Below are positions 25,386-38,699 of a stretch of DNA of 64,000 nt, piece by piece. Position numbers and translations under genes: made by a program. Source of the DNA: Euprymna scolopes (lineage: Eukaryota). The stretch lies in assembly GCA_053919585.1 (NCBI GenBank), contig CM132798.1. One strand, given 5' to 3'. The number at the start of each line of letters is the position of its first letter. Within the stretch, counting starts at the first letter, position 1. The notes under the pieces are model-generated. The model did not search any database and was not told the DNA's origin. It worked only from the letters and a program-made list of their open reading frames with translations.

Positions 25386-28182
25386 ACTTTATGGATATGG
25401 ACCAGGACCTAGGAAAACTCGTCCCTTATTGAATAAATATCGATTGAAAACACATTTTATGCCCGTTCTTGAAGATATTGTTTTTCAAAGAGACTATACC
25501 ACCCATATTTTTCCTTCTTTACTGTTGAGTTTTAAATAATAAAATCGATTTTCTAAGTGTCCGTTTTTTACCTAACTGGCTAAGTTGTTAGTGGTTTCAT
25601 TTATTTTAAAGCATTTATTCTGTTAAAAAACGATACTACAGACCGCATACTATTTTTTTTTTTAAATATTTATACTTATTTACTGTTGTCTTTTAAAAGG
25701 GAAAATCAATTTTTCTGTCTAGCTGGGTACGTTGTTAGTGGTTTGATTTATTTATTCTGTAAAAAAAAAAGTAGCGTCGAGTGTTACGTGAGAACGAGAA
25801 ATAATGTCCTACATGAGAGGATCACATCTTAGGCGTCTTCATAATCACTTAAAAAAATAGAATTTAAAGAAAATAGTGAGGAAGATTTAGTTTTAAAAAG
25901 TGCCCCCGACCTCCAAAAGAAGATAATTTTTAATATTTTTTAAATATAATTTAGAGAGAGGGGGAGAATAATTCAGCGGTACGCCAAACACAACTTTATC
26001 AAATCATGTCTTGTTTCGTTTGAGAAAAAAAAAAGCCTTCAATTCCATTGCATAATATTGATTTTTTTTTAAATAATAAACGTGTTTTTTTTTTTCATAT
26101 ATTGTTTATGCTTATTCGCTAGATAAATGTATAAACATTATCATAAAAATAAACTTTATTCAATTTTATTCTTTAAAAAATTGAATTCAGTGGTATGCCA
26201 CACAGATATTTTCCTGTCAAGTAATTTTTTCAAATATTCATTTTTGGAATCGGAAATGAGGCTCAAATTTTTTCTATACCGATTCTGATACCCAAAAACG
26301 TTCTGATTTTTTTCGATTCTGGTAAGCTTCTCAACACTAGTATATATATTTTCAGGATTGAAACCGCTTCCTGATTGCTAGCTCTAAAATTGGTCGCCAT
26401 ATATGAAAGGTTAGGAACTACTGATCTAGCGCATTATCGTAGCCTGAGCTAAATGTGTTTTTGTTTGTTTTATAAACTGGTCAATAAGTTAATAATTGAA
26501 GTTCCCTCTAATAAAAGGCAATGTAGAAAATAAACGTATACAAATTGTACTTCCACTCCCTATCAGTGAAAAGTAAAAAAAAAATGTTTGCGAAGAAATA
26601 TTTTAAACAATCGTGAAACAATAAGCAGATGTTAAAAAGCAGGACAATTAACTTCTATTTAAGTTTACATAATAATGAATAAAGAATGCTTAGGAAAACA
26701 TATTTTAATCCATTCTGAAATCATTGCAATTTAAGAGAAATCCTTATAGACTGAGATGATTTAATTTTATCTTTATGAAGTGATTGGTAATGACCCAGAA
26801 TGGAAACTTTCACAGTCGGGTTGGTAGCATGTGTATATGTGAAAACTTAATGTTAAAAGGGAGATGAGTTAACATTTTACAAAAACATGTGAATAACTGC
26901 CCCCACAATGTGTATACATTCTCAATACAGGAAAGTAATAAACAATAAGTGTTTGCTAAGGAATATTATAATCAATATGTAAAACAACGGTTCTGGTGTC
27001 TTTTAATGAAAGAAATCTTTGTAGACTAGGTAATATTTTTGTTTTTATTAAGTGGTCCATAAGTTAAAAAAAGAAGCTATTATTTCTTTTTAACCAAATA
27101 AACTCTTTAAAATAAGTTTAAACCCCAAAAACTTATAAAGCTAGATGGAGAAGGAAAACTTAGAAAAATCAATTTAATTTTTTTAAACAGCAAACAAGTA
27201 AAAAATATTTTTAAACGTATTACGGGATGTGCATTATTACCTAAAAATATACAAATTTATTTTCTTGGGGGGGGGCTCGGTTTAAAACTATATCTACCTC
27301 AGTATTTTCTTTTATTTTCTATTTTATAGAAATTATCGAGACTCCTAAGACGTGATCCTCTTATGTCGGACATTTTTTGTTCATAAGTAACGCTCAACAT
27401 TACTTTTTTTTTTTAAACTAAATAAACTCTTTAAAATAAGTTGAAACACCAAAAACTTTCAAAACTAGGTAGAAAACGAAAACTTAGAAAAATTAATTTA
27501 ATTTTTTTTAAAACAACAGTAAACAAGTAAAAATAATTTTTAAATATTATGGGATGTGCAAATTTCTCTTAAAGATAATATCTTCTTCAAGAACGGTCAT
27601 GTGTTTTCAATCAATATTTATTCAATAATGGACGAGTTTTCCTACCTATAAAAAGGGTACGAGTTTTCCGGAGACGTGTTTTCCGGGGACGAGTTTTCCT
27701 AAATTCGTTTGAAACCCAAGTAGTCGCTAGTTATTAACTTAGAACAACATGGTCGCATGACGGAAATTCTTCAGGGTTTAACGTATTGTAATTCTTTTAT
27801 TGGGTCGAAAAACATTTTTATCCACTATATTACTTTCTAATTACTTGCCTTCCCACGAGGGCAGAGTAAGGCACAAAGTCGGTTTTTAATGTAGAGAAGC
27901 ATTTATTACTAAATAACGGAATGGTGAAATATAAAAGCAAGTTAAGCTAAAAATAAATAAACAATTCAAAGAATTAAAGAAAGACAAAATTCAAAGAAAT
28001 TTCGAACATTTATTACTATAAACATAACGAAGAAGTAAAACATAAATAAATAATTGCAAGATAAGTTAACGTAAAAAGGGTCGACAATGGTAGAAGCATT
28101 GGTGTCACATGACCTAACTGTTCAGATTTTTCAGAACGGGGCTCGTCTGCGGGACCTACTTATCAAAGCTAGTCAAGGTATT

Positions 28183-28331
28183 TTTTTACAACATGCCCCA
28201 GCGTGGTATAAACACCCCCAATTACCCCATGTTAAGAACAACTTTCGAGGTTGGGGGTGTTTATTCCGAAAGTCGTTTTTAACATGGGGAGGTTGGGGTG
28301 TTTATAATACGCTGGGGCACGTCGTAAAAAA
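28183..28331. mobile_element. Palindromic MITE
   Basis: About 60-bp arms TTACAACATGCCCCAGCGT..ACTTTCG and CGAAAGT..ACGCTGGGGCACGTCGTAA around a short spacer. Confidence 0.8.
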
Positions 28332-28934
28332 TTTACGAAAAAGCAAACTAACAGAATTAAAAAATCAAAACAAAAAAGTAACGAAGAAGAACCGAATCTC
28401 TCCCTATTTATTTTTAATTTTTTTGTTTTGTTTTTATTTTATTTTTTTATTACTCCAAAAATATCGTTAAAATACGAAGAAAAAAAATTGTAATTAACTA
28501 ATAAATAAAAGGCGAAACATTTTTTGGCGCAAGAAATCCCGTGTGTTAAAAGTTCCCGTTAACTCATTTTTATTTATTTTTTTATTTTTTCTTCAACAAT
28601 CAAAGTCTTTTTTGTTTACTGAATAAACGCTTCAAAATAAACTAAACTTTTTTTTACAGAATAAATAAATCAAACCACTAACAACTTAGCAAGCTAGGTA
28701 GAAAAATCGATTTTGCCCTTTTAAAAACAAAGTAAATAAGTATAAATATTTTAAAAAATATTATGCGGTCTGTAGTCTCGTTTTTGAACAGATTAAACGC
28801 TTTAAAATAAGTGAAACCACGAACAACTTAACCAGTTGGGTAGAAAACGGACACTTAGAAAATTTATTTTATTAAAAAAAAAAAAATAAATAAAAAAAAC
28901 AGCAGTAAACAAAGAAAAATATCTATTAAAAATA

Positions 28935-29492
28935 TACGTCCAAGGATGGAATAATGTTGCCATATCTGGGCAGGAGCTGCTAAACACAGCCTATCCTGCC
29001 TTGACAGAGTAAAAAATAGACTTCGTGGCTTAGTGGGGGATGCCCTTTTCTCTACCCTGCAACCTCTCTCCCACAGAAGAGACGTTGCGAGCCTATCCTT
29101 GTTTTATCGTTATTTCCATGGCAGGTGCTCGTCTGAACTCCAATCTCTGGTCCCCCCCTCGCCATCTTTCACGAAAGACACCCGTCTAGCTGAATCCACT
29201 GTGAAAATTTTCCCCCACTCTATATCTGTGTCTAAATCAAAACGCGGATTCCATGAACAAAGCTTCTTTCTTAGAACTGCACGCCTGTAGAACTCTGTTC
29301 CGTCTGCCTGCTTCCCACCGGACTACAACTTGGATATCTTCAAGTCCAATGTTAACAAATTCCTAATGAACCGCCCCCTTAAGTAATCATTTCATCAAAT
29401 CTCCACACTAACGTAATGTACTTGCAATAACCCTTATCCCTGAGTGGCTTCCGGGCTTTGATAAGTGGTGATCACTATGTAAAAAAAAAAAA
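28935..29492 (+). mobile_element. LINE family A 3' fragment with poly(A)
   Basis: ORF 29033-29290 (LQPLSHRRDVASLSLFYRYFHGRCS). Tail GATAAGTGGTGATCACTATGT followed by (A)n. Confidence 0.9.
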
Positions 29493-29668
29493 TTAAAAGA
29501 AAAAAAAATTGTGGGTTCTTTAAAAAGAAATCTCCTTCAGAGAACGATCATAAAATGTGTTTTCAATCGATATTTATTCAATAAGGGACCAGTTTTTCTA
29601 CCTAGCAAAAAGGGACGAGATTTCCGGGCACCATATATATATGTATAGTATATATATGTCTGTATATA

Positions 29669-29827
29669 CAGTGTAACCCGGATATAAGAAAAAGGGATAT
29701 AAATGAGATAGAGCCTGTGTTAATGTACAGTGTAACCCGAACATAAGAACCCCTGATATTAGTGTAACCCGGATATAAGAGAGTTGTTGGAACCGGATAA
29801 GTAGCCACTTATATCCGGGTTGTACCG
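29669..29827. mobile_element. pogo/Tigger-like MITE
   Basis: TA TSD. TIRs CAGTGTAACCCGGATATAAG and CTTATATCCGGGTTGTACCG, with internal copies of the TIR motif. Confidence 0.75.
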
Positions 29828-31492
29828 TATATGTGTGTGTGTGTGTGTATAGTGTGTATGTGTGTGTGTATAAATAAATATTTAGTGTTATATAATTATT
29901 ACCAGCTGCAAAAGATGTTTTAAACATAATCAAATAAAAAAAGAGATAATCAAAGGAATCGTTGTTGGCATCGGAAAATAAATACACATTTTTTCGATGC
30001 CGATTCCAATATCCCAAAAAGTTCCGATTTATTCGATTTCCTATTCCCATTAATCGTCCCAACACTAATATATATATACGTATANNNNNNNNNNNNNNNN
30101 NNNNNNNNNNNNNNNNNNNNNNNNNNNNNNNNNNNNNNNNNNNNNNNNNNNNNNNNNNNNNNNNNNNNNNNNNNNNNNNNNNNNNNNNNNNNNNNNNNNN
30201 NNNNNNNNNNNNNNNNNNNNNNNNNNNNNNNNNNNNNNNNNNNNNNNNNNNNNNNNNNNNNNNNNNNNNNNNNNNNNNNNNNNNNNNNNNNNNNNNNNNN
30301 NNNNNNNNNNNNNNNNNNNNNNNNNNNNNNNNNNNNNNNNNNNNNNNNNNNNNNNNNNNNNNNNNNNNNNNNNNNNNNNNNNNNNNNNNNNNNNNNNNNN
30401 NNNNNNNNNNNNNNNNNNNNNNNNNNNNNNNNNNNNNNNNNNNNNNNNNNNNNNNNNNAATAAAAATATGTATATACATGCATATATAAAAATATGTATG
30501 TATATGTTTATATGTTTCTATAATGTGTGTGAAGTAGTGTGGTTTGGGGATGAAAGAAAACTGCGGAGGTGTCCCATTACACTCATTTTAGAGCCTCCTA
30601 TCGACCGCACATGTCTTTGCATGACATCCATATGCATTTATGCGTGGCTTCACTTTGATTAACGGTTTTATTTTATGCTTTAATCAATAATCGATTAATC
30701 TGAGTGCACTCTGCAGTAAGCAAAAGTGTCCATTTAAATGTTTGGTTGCAAGCCCTCTCTGACGAGGATCCTTACTTAGGCAATTGAATACTGTTTTTTT
30801 TTTTCTTTCTCTTTTCTTTTTTCTTACGTCCATTAAGTTTCGTTTGTTTCATTGGTCGATGTTGACGCATGCGCGCAAATGTCCAAAGTGAAGTTTGCAT
30901 TTAGCTTTGTTTGGGCCTGGACGTCCTTCATTCATTTGTGTAAGCAATGAAACCCGCGACTATTTTTTTTTTATTTTTTTTATTACGTTTGATGAATGCT
31001 TTGCTTTTTTTCTTCTATTTTAATATTGTCATTGTATATCTTTTTTTTTCTTTTTTTTTTTTACACTGTTAATTGATTTATTTTTTTACTTGATAATCCT
31101 ATCCGGCGTAACCGGGGATTTTTAATTTACTTTTTGTATAGAAATATTTTTTTTTTCTGATTTCGATTTCAGAAATCTGAGCGTAAGTTTGTAAGACACC
31201 CACCCTTTAAGCTTTTACTAGATTTTACTGAACGAATATTATTATCCAATGCTAAATTGTGGTATGTTAGAAATCGATGTGCGAGACGAATGAGAATTAT
31301 AAGCGACTCCTATTCTTTACTTGGTCGTTTAGCTCAGTTTTACTCCTTTTTTTTTTTTTTTTTCTTTTTTTTTTTTCACTTCTCTCATTATCGGATTTTG
31401 ACATCGAGATGCGACTCGGACGAATGCTAAAAAGCAAATTGTTTTAATTGCTTTCCTTGTTCTTTCTCCTCTTTGTTTGAGACTCACTTCAA

Positions 31493-31766
31493 GGTCCTGG
31501 ATATGACCTTAAACTATATCCGATGATGAGGCTCCAACTTGCGGGCTTTGGGGAACCACCCTTTAATTGCTATTGCTCCCAGGTTCACTCTGACCCGGAG
31601 TGGTAGTATCTGTTAGGGTCCCAGCTATGGGTAAATAGAAACCGGCTCAAAAAAAAAAAAATATATATATATATATATTCTATTAAAGTTTTTTCTTCAA
31701 AATCACTGGATTCGGCATTAAATAACCCGAAAAGGGTTGATATGCCGTAAAACAACCAACCAACCA
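31493..31766 (+). mobile_element. (AACC)n-tailed SINE-like retroposon, short form
   Basis: Same core. TSD TCACTTCAA (31484-31492, 31767-31775). Confidence 0.85.
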
Positions 31767-32108
31767 TCACTTCAAAATCAAGCTGGTTTTCAGTGTAATG
31801 TGTGAACTGGAAATAGTTTCCAACCAATGAAAATCGTTTCCAACTCCGAAACTAGCAATCCAATGTGAAAAACAGTTTTCCTTTGAGGAGGGCTACATTT
31901 GTCTCAACTTTCGACATCTGAGGAGACTCGAAAGTGCCACGCTGAAATTCGTTTAAACCTGCTGCGCTATCACCCGTGAATACAGCTACCCAGAAAGTAA
32001 ACTCTTGCATACATATATTCACAACGAAACTTTGAAACGACTTTCCTAACGTTTTGTCTACTTCTTCAAGAACTTTAAAACTTTTCAACAAATTTTTGTC
32101 TATTTTTA

Positions 32109-33030
32109 CTAGCATTTCAGCCTGGCATTGCCCGGGTGTTTGGATGTGTATGTTGAGCAAAAAGAAAAAAAGTGATAGTAGAAAGGCAGGCTCGAACCCG
32201 TACCGCAAAGGAATCGTTGTTGGCATCGGAAAATAAAGAACGGGGTAAAACCTAACGTTTATGCTGTTACGACCACCGCCAAACCGGAAGCGACATTTTT
32301 TTTAAATTGAGGCTAGACAATCTAAAGGAGAGAATAACTTTAAAAAATATCGGCGAAAAAAGTGCCCCCCCCCTGTAGAAAAGTGCCTAGTTGAAGGGGA
32401 AGATATTAATGTTTTAGCCAATTTTTCGATATTTCTCGTATGAAAGGTCGAACTTTAAAACGATACTTATCTTGGTAAAATCCGTCGACTCTATTGAAAG
32501 TTTAAGACAGACATGCAAACATACATACATACATACATACATTTATATATTGGTAACTTAAATTTTCGACCCAAACTGATGAAAAAGCTTGCCATATCTC
32601 TGAATACCCTTTATGTAAAATTTCAAATATTTAGACCAGAAATTGTCTGAGTAATTTGGAAGAGATCGCAGAGGTCATTTTTTAACTTTGACCCCTATTA
32701 TGACCCCTTAAAATGTATTGTTTTGGGCTCAAATCAAGTTATTAAGTTAGATCCATGTCCACGAAACTTATATCTAAAATTTCAAGTGCGTACACCCAAA
32801 ATTGTCGGAGGAGTTTGGTAGAGTTCTCAAAGGTCAAATCGTTTAACTTTGACCCCTTAATCGCCAAATTTCTGGCCATAAACCGATTACATCAATTTTC
32901 CCAAATCTTAGTACCCTGTATATCAAATTTCGAGTCTGTAGACTAAAAATTGACGGAGTTATTGCGTAGGGAAATGTACATACTCACACACAGAGACACA
33001 CACACATATCCACGCACACACGTTCACTTT

Positions 33031-33048
<18 letters not shown>
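32109..33048 (-). mobile_element. Composite non-autonomous Helitron (H1)
   Basis: Minus strand starts TCTATATATA..AAAAGTGAA plus a (GT) tract and ends CCCGGGCAATGCCAGG..CTAG. One half matches 311-730 and the other matches 56295-57000. Confidence 0.75.
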
Positions 33049-33064
<16 letters not shown>

Positions 33065-33360
33065 TTACGGACTATTAGCCTCATCTTATATAGTTGTTGT
33101 TTTTAACAATGTTTCGGCCAACTATTCATCTGACCTTCGTCAGGTTAACCGCGACGGTGTAGGGATGCTGAATCATTAACTGTATCTTCAAAACGCGGCA
33201 AGACTACAACAACTATGGAAGGCAGTAATTACTGAAAATACAGTTGAAAATACAGCATTTCTATTCCGTTGTGGTTAACAACCTGAGGAAGCCAGAGGAA
33301 TAGTTGGCCGAAACGTCGTAAAAACGACAGCTATAAAAGATGAAGATGATAGTCCGCAAA
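33065..33360. mobile_element. Inverted pair of HHR-bearing repeat ends
   Basis: Minus 33103-33148: TTAAC CTGACGA A GGTCA..TGGCC GAAA CA TT GTTAA. Plus 33281-33319: AC CTGAGGA A GCCA..TGGC C GAAA CG TC GT. Arms are about 125 bp. Confidence 0.75.
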
Positions 33361-33879
33361 TAAAGTATAGAAATTACTCATCCCAAAAAAGAATTCCAAT
33401 AATTAAATATAAATTTTTGTAGAAATAAATGTCTTTTGAAAGTGTGTGACTATCTTTTTACTTTAATTTTCCCGCTCGAAGCTGGAGCGAAGCATACGTG
33501 AAATAACCAGGCAGTGCGTACATTCAACTTCTTCTCCGAGGAATTATCTCCTTCATAACAATAAAATGAAGAAAGAAAAATACGGACCGGACTTACCCTG
33601 ATGAGTCTATTTTTAGCGAAATATTGAACTTACAACAACAACAAAAAAGTAAATAAAAAATTATTTTATCATTTTCCTGACATTTAAAGTTTTAAAATTT
33701 ATCTGTAAAATTTTTGTCGTTCAAGGTATATTTGACATCTTTAAAAAATTTTTGATATACATTTTTTTTTTTTTTCGCTAATTCGTGTTTTCTGGCTTTC
33801 ATTCTAAACTTCCCGTTGTTGAAGTCTCTTTTGCTAAGTAGTGACCATTAATAACATCTGTCTTTTTATCTATCTTTTT

Positions 33880-34450
33880 CATTCGTTACATGTATATTAT
33901 TTTGATTTTGTTACATGTATATTATTTTGATTTTGTTACATGTATATTATTTTGATTTTGTTACATGTATATTATTTTGATTTTGTTACATGTATATTAT
34001 TTTCATTTTGTTACATGTATATTATTTTCATTTTGTTACATGTATATTATTTTCATTTTGTTACATGTATATTATTTTCATTTTGTTACATGTATATTAT
34101 TTTCATTCGTTACATGTATATTATTTTCATTCGTTACATGTATATTATTTTCATTCGTTACATGTATATTATTTTCATTCGTTACATGTATATTATTTTG
34201 ATTTTGTTACATGTATATTATTTTGATTTTGTTACATGTATATTATTTTGATTTTGTTACATGTATATTATTTTGATTTTGTTACATGTATATTATTTTG
34301 ATTTTGTTACATGTATATTATTTTGATTTTGTTACATGTATATTATTTTGATTTTGTTACATGTATATTATTTTGATTTTGTTACATGTATATTATTTTG
34401 ATTTTGTTACATGTATATTATTTTCATTTTGTTACATGTATATTATTTTT
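33880..34450. repeat. 25-bp minisatellite, about 23 copies
   Basis: Unit GTTACATGTATATTATTTT(G/C)ATT(T/C) with indel variants. Confidence 0.97.
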
Positions 34451-35184
34451 AGCGCGGTTTTCGGCACTTTGCAAAAGGTGTACCATCACCAAAATACACG
34501 ATTTGTAAGCAAGATCAGAAAATAATTAACGTTACTAAACGTCCATGGCTTTTTGTCTAAGAGCATAATGAAGTATATTGCACAGATACCACACTTTATT
34601 TTTTGTCCTCAGTCAGGGAAGGATAATTATTCTGTTTTCGTCTCACGGTTGCTACCTTTTGGAGGAAGCTGAATTTTTCCCACATTAAAAACGGATCTTC
34701 TGTGAAGGCAAATAAATAGGAGCATTAACAAACTCCATCTTTAGCCAGTTTTCTTTCATCAAAGTGCAGTATCTGTTTTGATACTAAACTGCTGAAGATG
34801 AAATTTTTATAGACTGGGCCAACTTTTACTTTGCATCAGTTCAATTACATAAACAATGAAATGAACAGTATTTTATTCTGCATTTTGAAAATCTATATTA
34901 ATAACAGTAAATGTGTGTATATGTAAATATTTAACCGATAAACTCTTAAACAGCTGGTCACATAACACTGAAATCAACAGGAACTAGTAATTATATAAAA
35001 GGGTGGTTTATAACGAGTAAAATCTTTGTTACAGTGGATGATTAACGCGTACAGAAATATGTCGGAAAATCGAAATACAAAATGTTAATTTCAACTTGGC
35101 GACATATTTCTATCATTTTTGCGCATACACAAATTCATTCATACTTTGAAGTTTAATTTTAATTCTATCCTATCTATCTGTCGA

Positions 35185-35411
35185 TAGCCAAAATGGTAGA
35201 GTACTCGCCTGGAGTGTTAAATGTTTTGGCTTCGATTCTAGCTGATGACATAGAAGTCAATTTTTTGATCTTTTGATATCAGTACTATATATTAGGTACA
35301 ATATAATATTCAATAGAGAATTAGCTCTAATAATATATACGAAATCTGCATGAATTAAAAAAATATCGAAGCGTATTTTACGATCGGGCAAGGCCGGACG
35401 CCCACTGCTAG
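35185..35411 (+). mobile_element. Helitron family H2 3' part
   Basis: Ends TCGGGCAAGGCCGGACGCCCACTGCTAG before T. Confidence 0.7.
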
Positions 35412-35430
35412 TATATAATTATATTATTTA

Positions 35431-35941
35431 CGAGAGTTTTTCGAAAAAAATTTATTCAAAAATTCAAATGTTAGAAGAGCTACGAAAACGAAAGTGGTAC
35501 AATTAAAACGAGTGACCGCTTGTGCTCCGATTTTTTTTCTACATAATTACCACCATTCACAATGCACTTTTTGCCAGCCTCTTCGGAGCACACTATTCTC
35601 TCACATCTCTGTCGCCATTCTAAGATCGACGAACCCATCTCCTAAATGCTGACATTAATTGCATCAACTGTGTAAACATTCAACAGGTGCCGATGAATGT
35701 TAATCGGCTCAATTATTTCTGCATGGGGGAATTTAATGACGCATCTCCGCTTCCGATACACGTCCATGACAAGTGTTGCTTTCTAAGAGACACACGTCGT
35801 CAATATCTGCAACAGGAAGCTTACACTTTCGGGTCATGAATGCATGAATTCAGTAATCGTAACAATGCAATTTGCAATCTCCTCCAATGCATTCGGATGG
35901 AATAAAAAAAATAGAAAGCATTACGCTTTGGAAGCCCTTCG
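35431..35941. mobile_element. mariner family M2 deletion derivative
   Basis: TA-flanked, with ends CGAGAGTTTTTCGAAA and TTTGGAAGCCCTTCG. Confidence 0.7.
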
Positions 35942-36257
35942 TATGTGTGTGTATTATGGTGTTTAAATTGCTTTAATTAATGATTGTGTTATTGTTACGT
36001 AATGGATGGTACTGTATTTGATAGTGAGTACATCAGCTAGTGTTAATCTTGATAAGGGTCGAACCAAGTGAAAGTCGGGCTATTGAAGCGTAACGAAGCG
36101 TTATTTACCCTAAACGAGACGAACCGGCTTCCTCTGAAGGAAGTATCAAATTTACCAGCAATCACCACTCACATGTTTATCTCCATCGATGGAGATGACA
36201 TTGGGTTTTTGCAGCTCTTGCACAGAAGTGTCGACATCATCCTTAATGTAGTGCTTT

Positions 36258-36330
36258 GTCACTCTTCTGGTATTGACTAGGCTCAACATTGCTTAACTTC
36301 GGCAATCTAACGAGAACTAGAAGTGCAAGC
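36258..36330 (-). mobile_element. 5S-derived SINE head fragment
   Basis: GGCTCAACATTGCTTAACTTCGGCAATCTAACGAGAAC matches the reverse complement of the 5S internal promoter region. Confidence 0.6.
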
Positions 36331-36804
36331 CATGTTTAGTTTCAGAACAGTTTCCGATGGTCCGTTGTTCTACAAAAGTCCTTAGAGGCGACTGGTTCGC
36401 AGTAGACAGAACAGTTTCCGATGGTCCTTTGTTCTACAAAAGTCCTGGGAGGTGACAGGTTTGCAGTAGGTAGTTTCCGATTTGAAATCGACAGAACAAA
36501 AGATTCTTCCCGTGTCGACACGAAAAAAAAAACGTATGCGAAATTACTACAGAAAGGTTTAATATTTATGGAGCAATTCTGGTTTCTGATTGGTTGATAG
36601 CAGGACGTGAATTAATTCGATTCGTTAGTTCCTAGCAGCATCGATTATAAATAGAATCTCCTGACTGTGCGAGATGTTACCTCATTATTAATAAAAAAAA
36701 AAAAAATATTGTAACGTATGTCTGAACGAGATTATGCTGTATGTACAGGTCGGCGTAACACAAAGTAGGCAGATTTATACGAATGATGGCTGATAGAGAT
36801 TTCC

Positions 36805-38168
36805 TGTAAGATCAAATGATGTTCAACATGTAAGATAAAAGCAAAGGTCAGCTGACATGGCATGACGTCACGGATATAGAGCTTGACGGGGAAACAAAAA
36901 TTTGAGTTCGCTCATTTATAGAACATCGCGCGAGGTAGATTGTCAATCATGATATAATCACTGATAAGGAAAACTTTGATAATCGCCAAGAGTGAAATGC
37001 GCTCCTTACAGCTTTGTTCACTATGCCCACTGGTAAAGCTTTAATTAAGTTTCCTAATTACTTAAGAGAATACAACTCTATCTCTCGTGTCTGAATTATT
37101 TCACTTCAACTATTCAACTATAAACATTAAAACTCTTACTATTTCTAGTTTCCTTTTCTACCGACGTAAAAACGCTTGGAAAATGAAAACATTAAAACAT
37201 GAATCTTTCTTGGTATTTTGAAATCATCCTGGAACGTGTACTATCGCTAGTGTAAAAAATTAAAAGGGAAGAAAAAATATTTGTTCAGTTCAAACGAAAC
37301 CCTGACTAATAGCAAAAGTCGGTGCCCTCCGATATTGCCTGGTAAACATATGGGCGTCGCGTGTCATCCTGCAAAGCGCGTTGGTCCCATGGAGACTGGA
37401 CAAATTTGCACAAGACGATTCCGTGTGTACACAACGGAACTCACATTGGTCAGTTTCCAGGAAGATGTCTCTCATAGAAAATATAATTCTTGTTCAAAAC
37501 ACATACGCGCGCAGAGAAATAAAAAGTGTCTTTAAATACGGATCGATTGTAAGAGTTTAGCGAACATTTCTTTTTTCTTTTTTCTTTCTTTTTTGTTAAA
37601 GAAAAAATAAACAAATATAATTCGTCTCTGTATTGTAGCTATTTAAATGCTTAAATGAAAGCGGTAGATTTTTAAAGGTGAACATTACTTTCATCGTCTT
37701 TTTTCTCCTAACTTATGTATTCTTTTCACTTTATCTTTCTCCAATTCCCTTTGCTTTATCTTTCCTCAGTCTTTCTTTCTAGTTAACCTAATTAAAGATA
37801 TATGGGTGGGCACAGTGAACAAAGCTTTTACAATGACATTTCACTTTTGGCGATTATCAAAGTGTTCCTATCAGTGATTATATCATGATTGACAATCTTC
37901 CTCGCACAAGGTTTCATAGGTATGGCTGTAACAGCATATTATTTTCATTGTTTTGACTCTTGTTAATATCTTATACATTTTTATATGGACTGATGTGGTT
38001 CTCGGTTTATTGATTGTGTCGGAGTTAAAAGAATGAAAAGAATATTCTGTTGTCAAAGCCCCATTCATAAGAAACTCAAATCTGTGTTTCCCATCAACAT
38101 CTATATCCGTGACGTCATGCCATGTAAGTTTACGTTTGCTTTAAAAAGTTGAACATAATTTGATCTTT
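36805..38168. mobile_element. Probable non-autonomous TIR element, about 1.36 kb
   Basis: About 75-bp inverted arms at 36805-36880 and 38100-38168, including ACATGGCATGACGTCACGGATATAGA and its exact reverse complement. Confidence 0.65.
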
Positions 38169-38699
38169 AGGGGCTTGTCAAGGGTTTCTTCAGGAGATAT
38201 GATAAATAGGTTGAGATTATGTCTTTGTGTATATGTGGAAATGCTTTTTTAATCGTTTTTATTTTTCGGACTTACTTTTTGGGAATTTGGAGTTATTATA
38301 ACAATATTTTCAAACTATCATATTAAAAAAAGGTATTATCGTAACAGGCAATGTATTTGTATAATTTACAATAATGGTCAGTGAACATAAAACTGTACAT
38401 GATCCATTCGTGTGCAACCAACTAGCCTGCTCGACGAGTACAGACTGATTTCAGTAGTATGTCAGTCTGCATCTGTTTTTAACTCTAACCCTAAACCGTA
38501 CGTCTCCTAAAACGATTATAAAAGAAAAATATTGCTTGCATTATGAAGGAGAAATTAATAAACAAGATTGTAAATGTTTTCTTATGTAGGGATTCCTTGG
38601 AGCATAATTGTCATAGGAAAGGTTCCACGAAAGTAAAAATGTTGGTAAACACTACTCCAACCTTACAGTTCTGATTTTTTTTAGATGAGGACTGATTGT

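Larger units (their letters stand above)
23695..29630. mobile_element. Cluster of copies of one AT-rich non-autonomous element (23695-24230, 25390-25920 inverted, 27060-27700, 28600-28930 plus 29500-29630)
   Basis: Shared TGTTTTCAATCGATATTTATTCAATAAGGGAC(G/C)AGTTTT ends and AGGTAGAAAACGGA motifs. A 43-bp internal tandem repeat lies at 23928-24050. Superfamily not determined. Confidence 0.7.

Noticed and set aside
30758-30795. CTGACGAGGATCC hammerhead-like start (also CTGAAGA..GAAA at about 62873-62900)
   Set aside because: GAAA or stem pairing is missing or too degenerate to support a call.
33598-33625. CTGATGA GTCTA TTTT TAGC GAAA as a hammerhead
   Set aside because: Stem II is plausible but stems I and III are not recoverable. 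At best it is a decayed relic.
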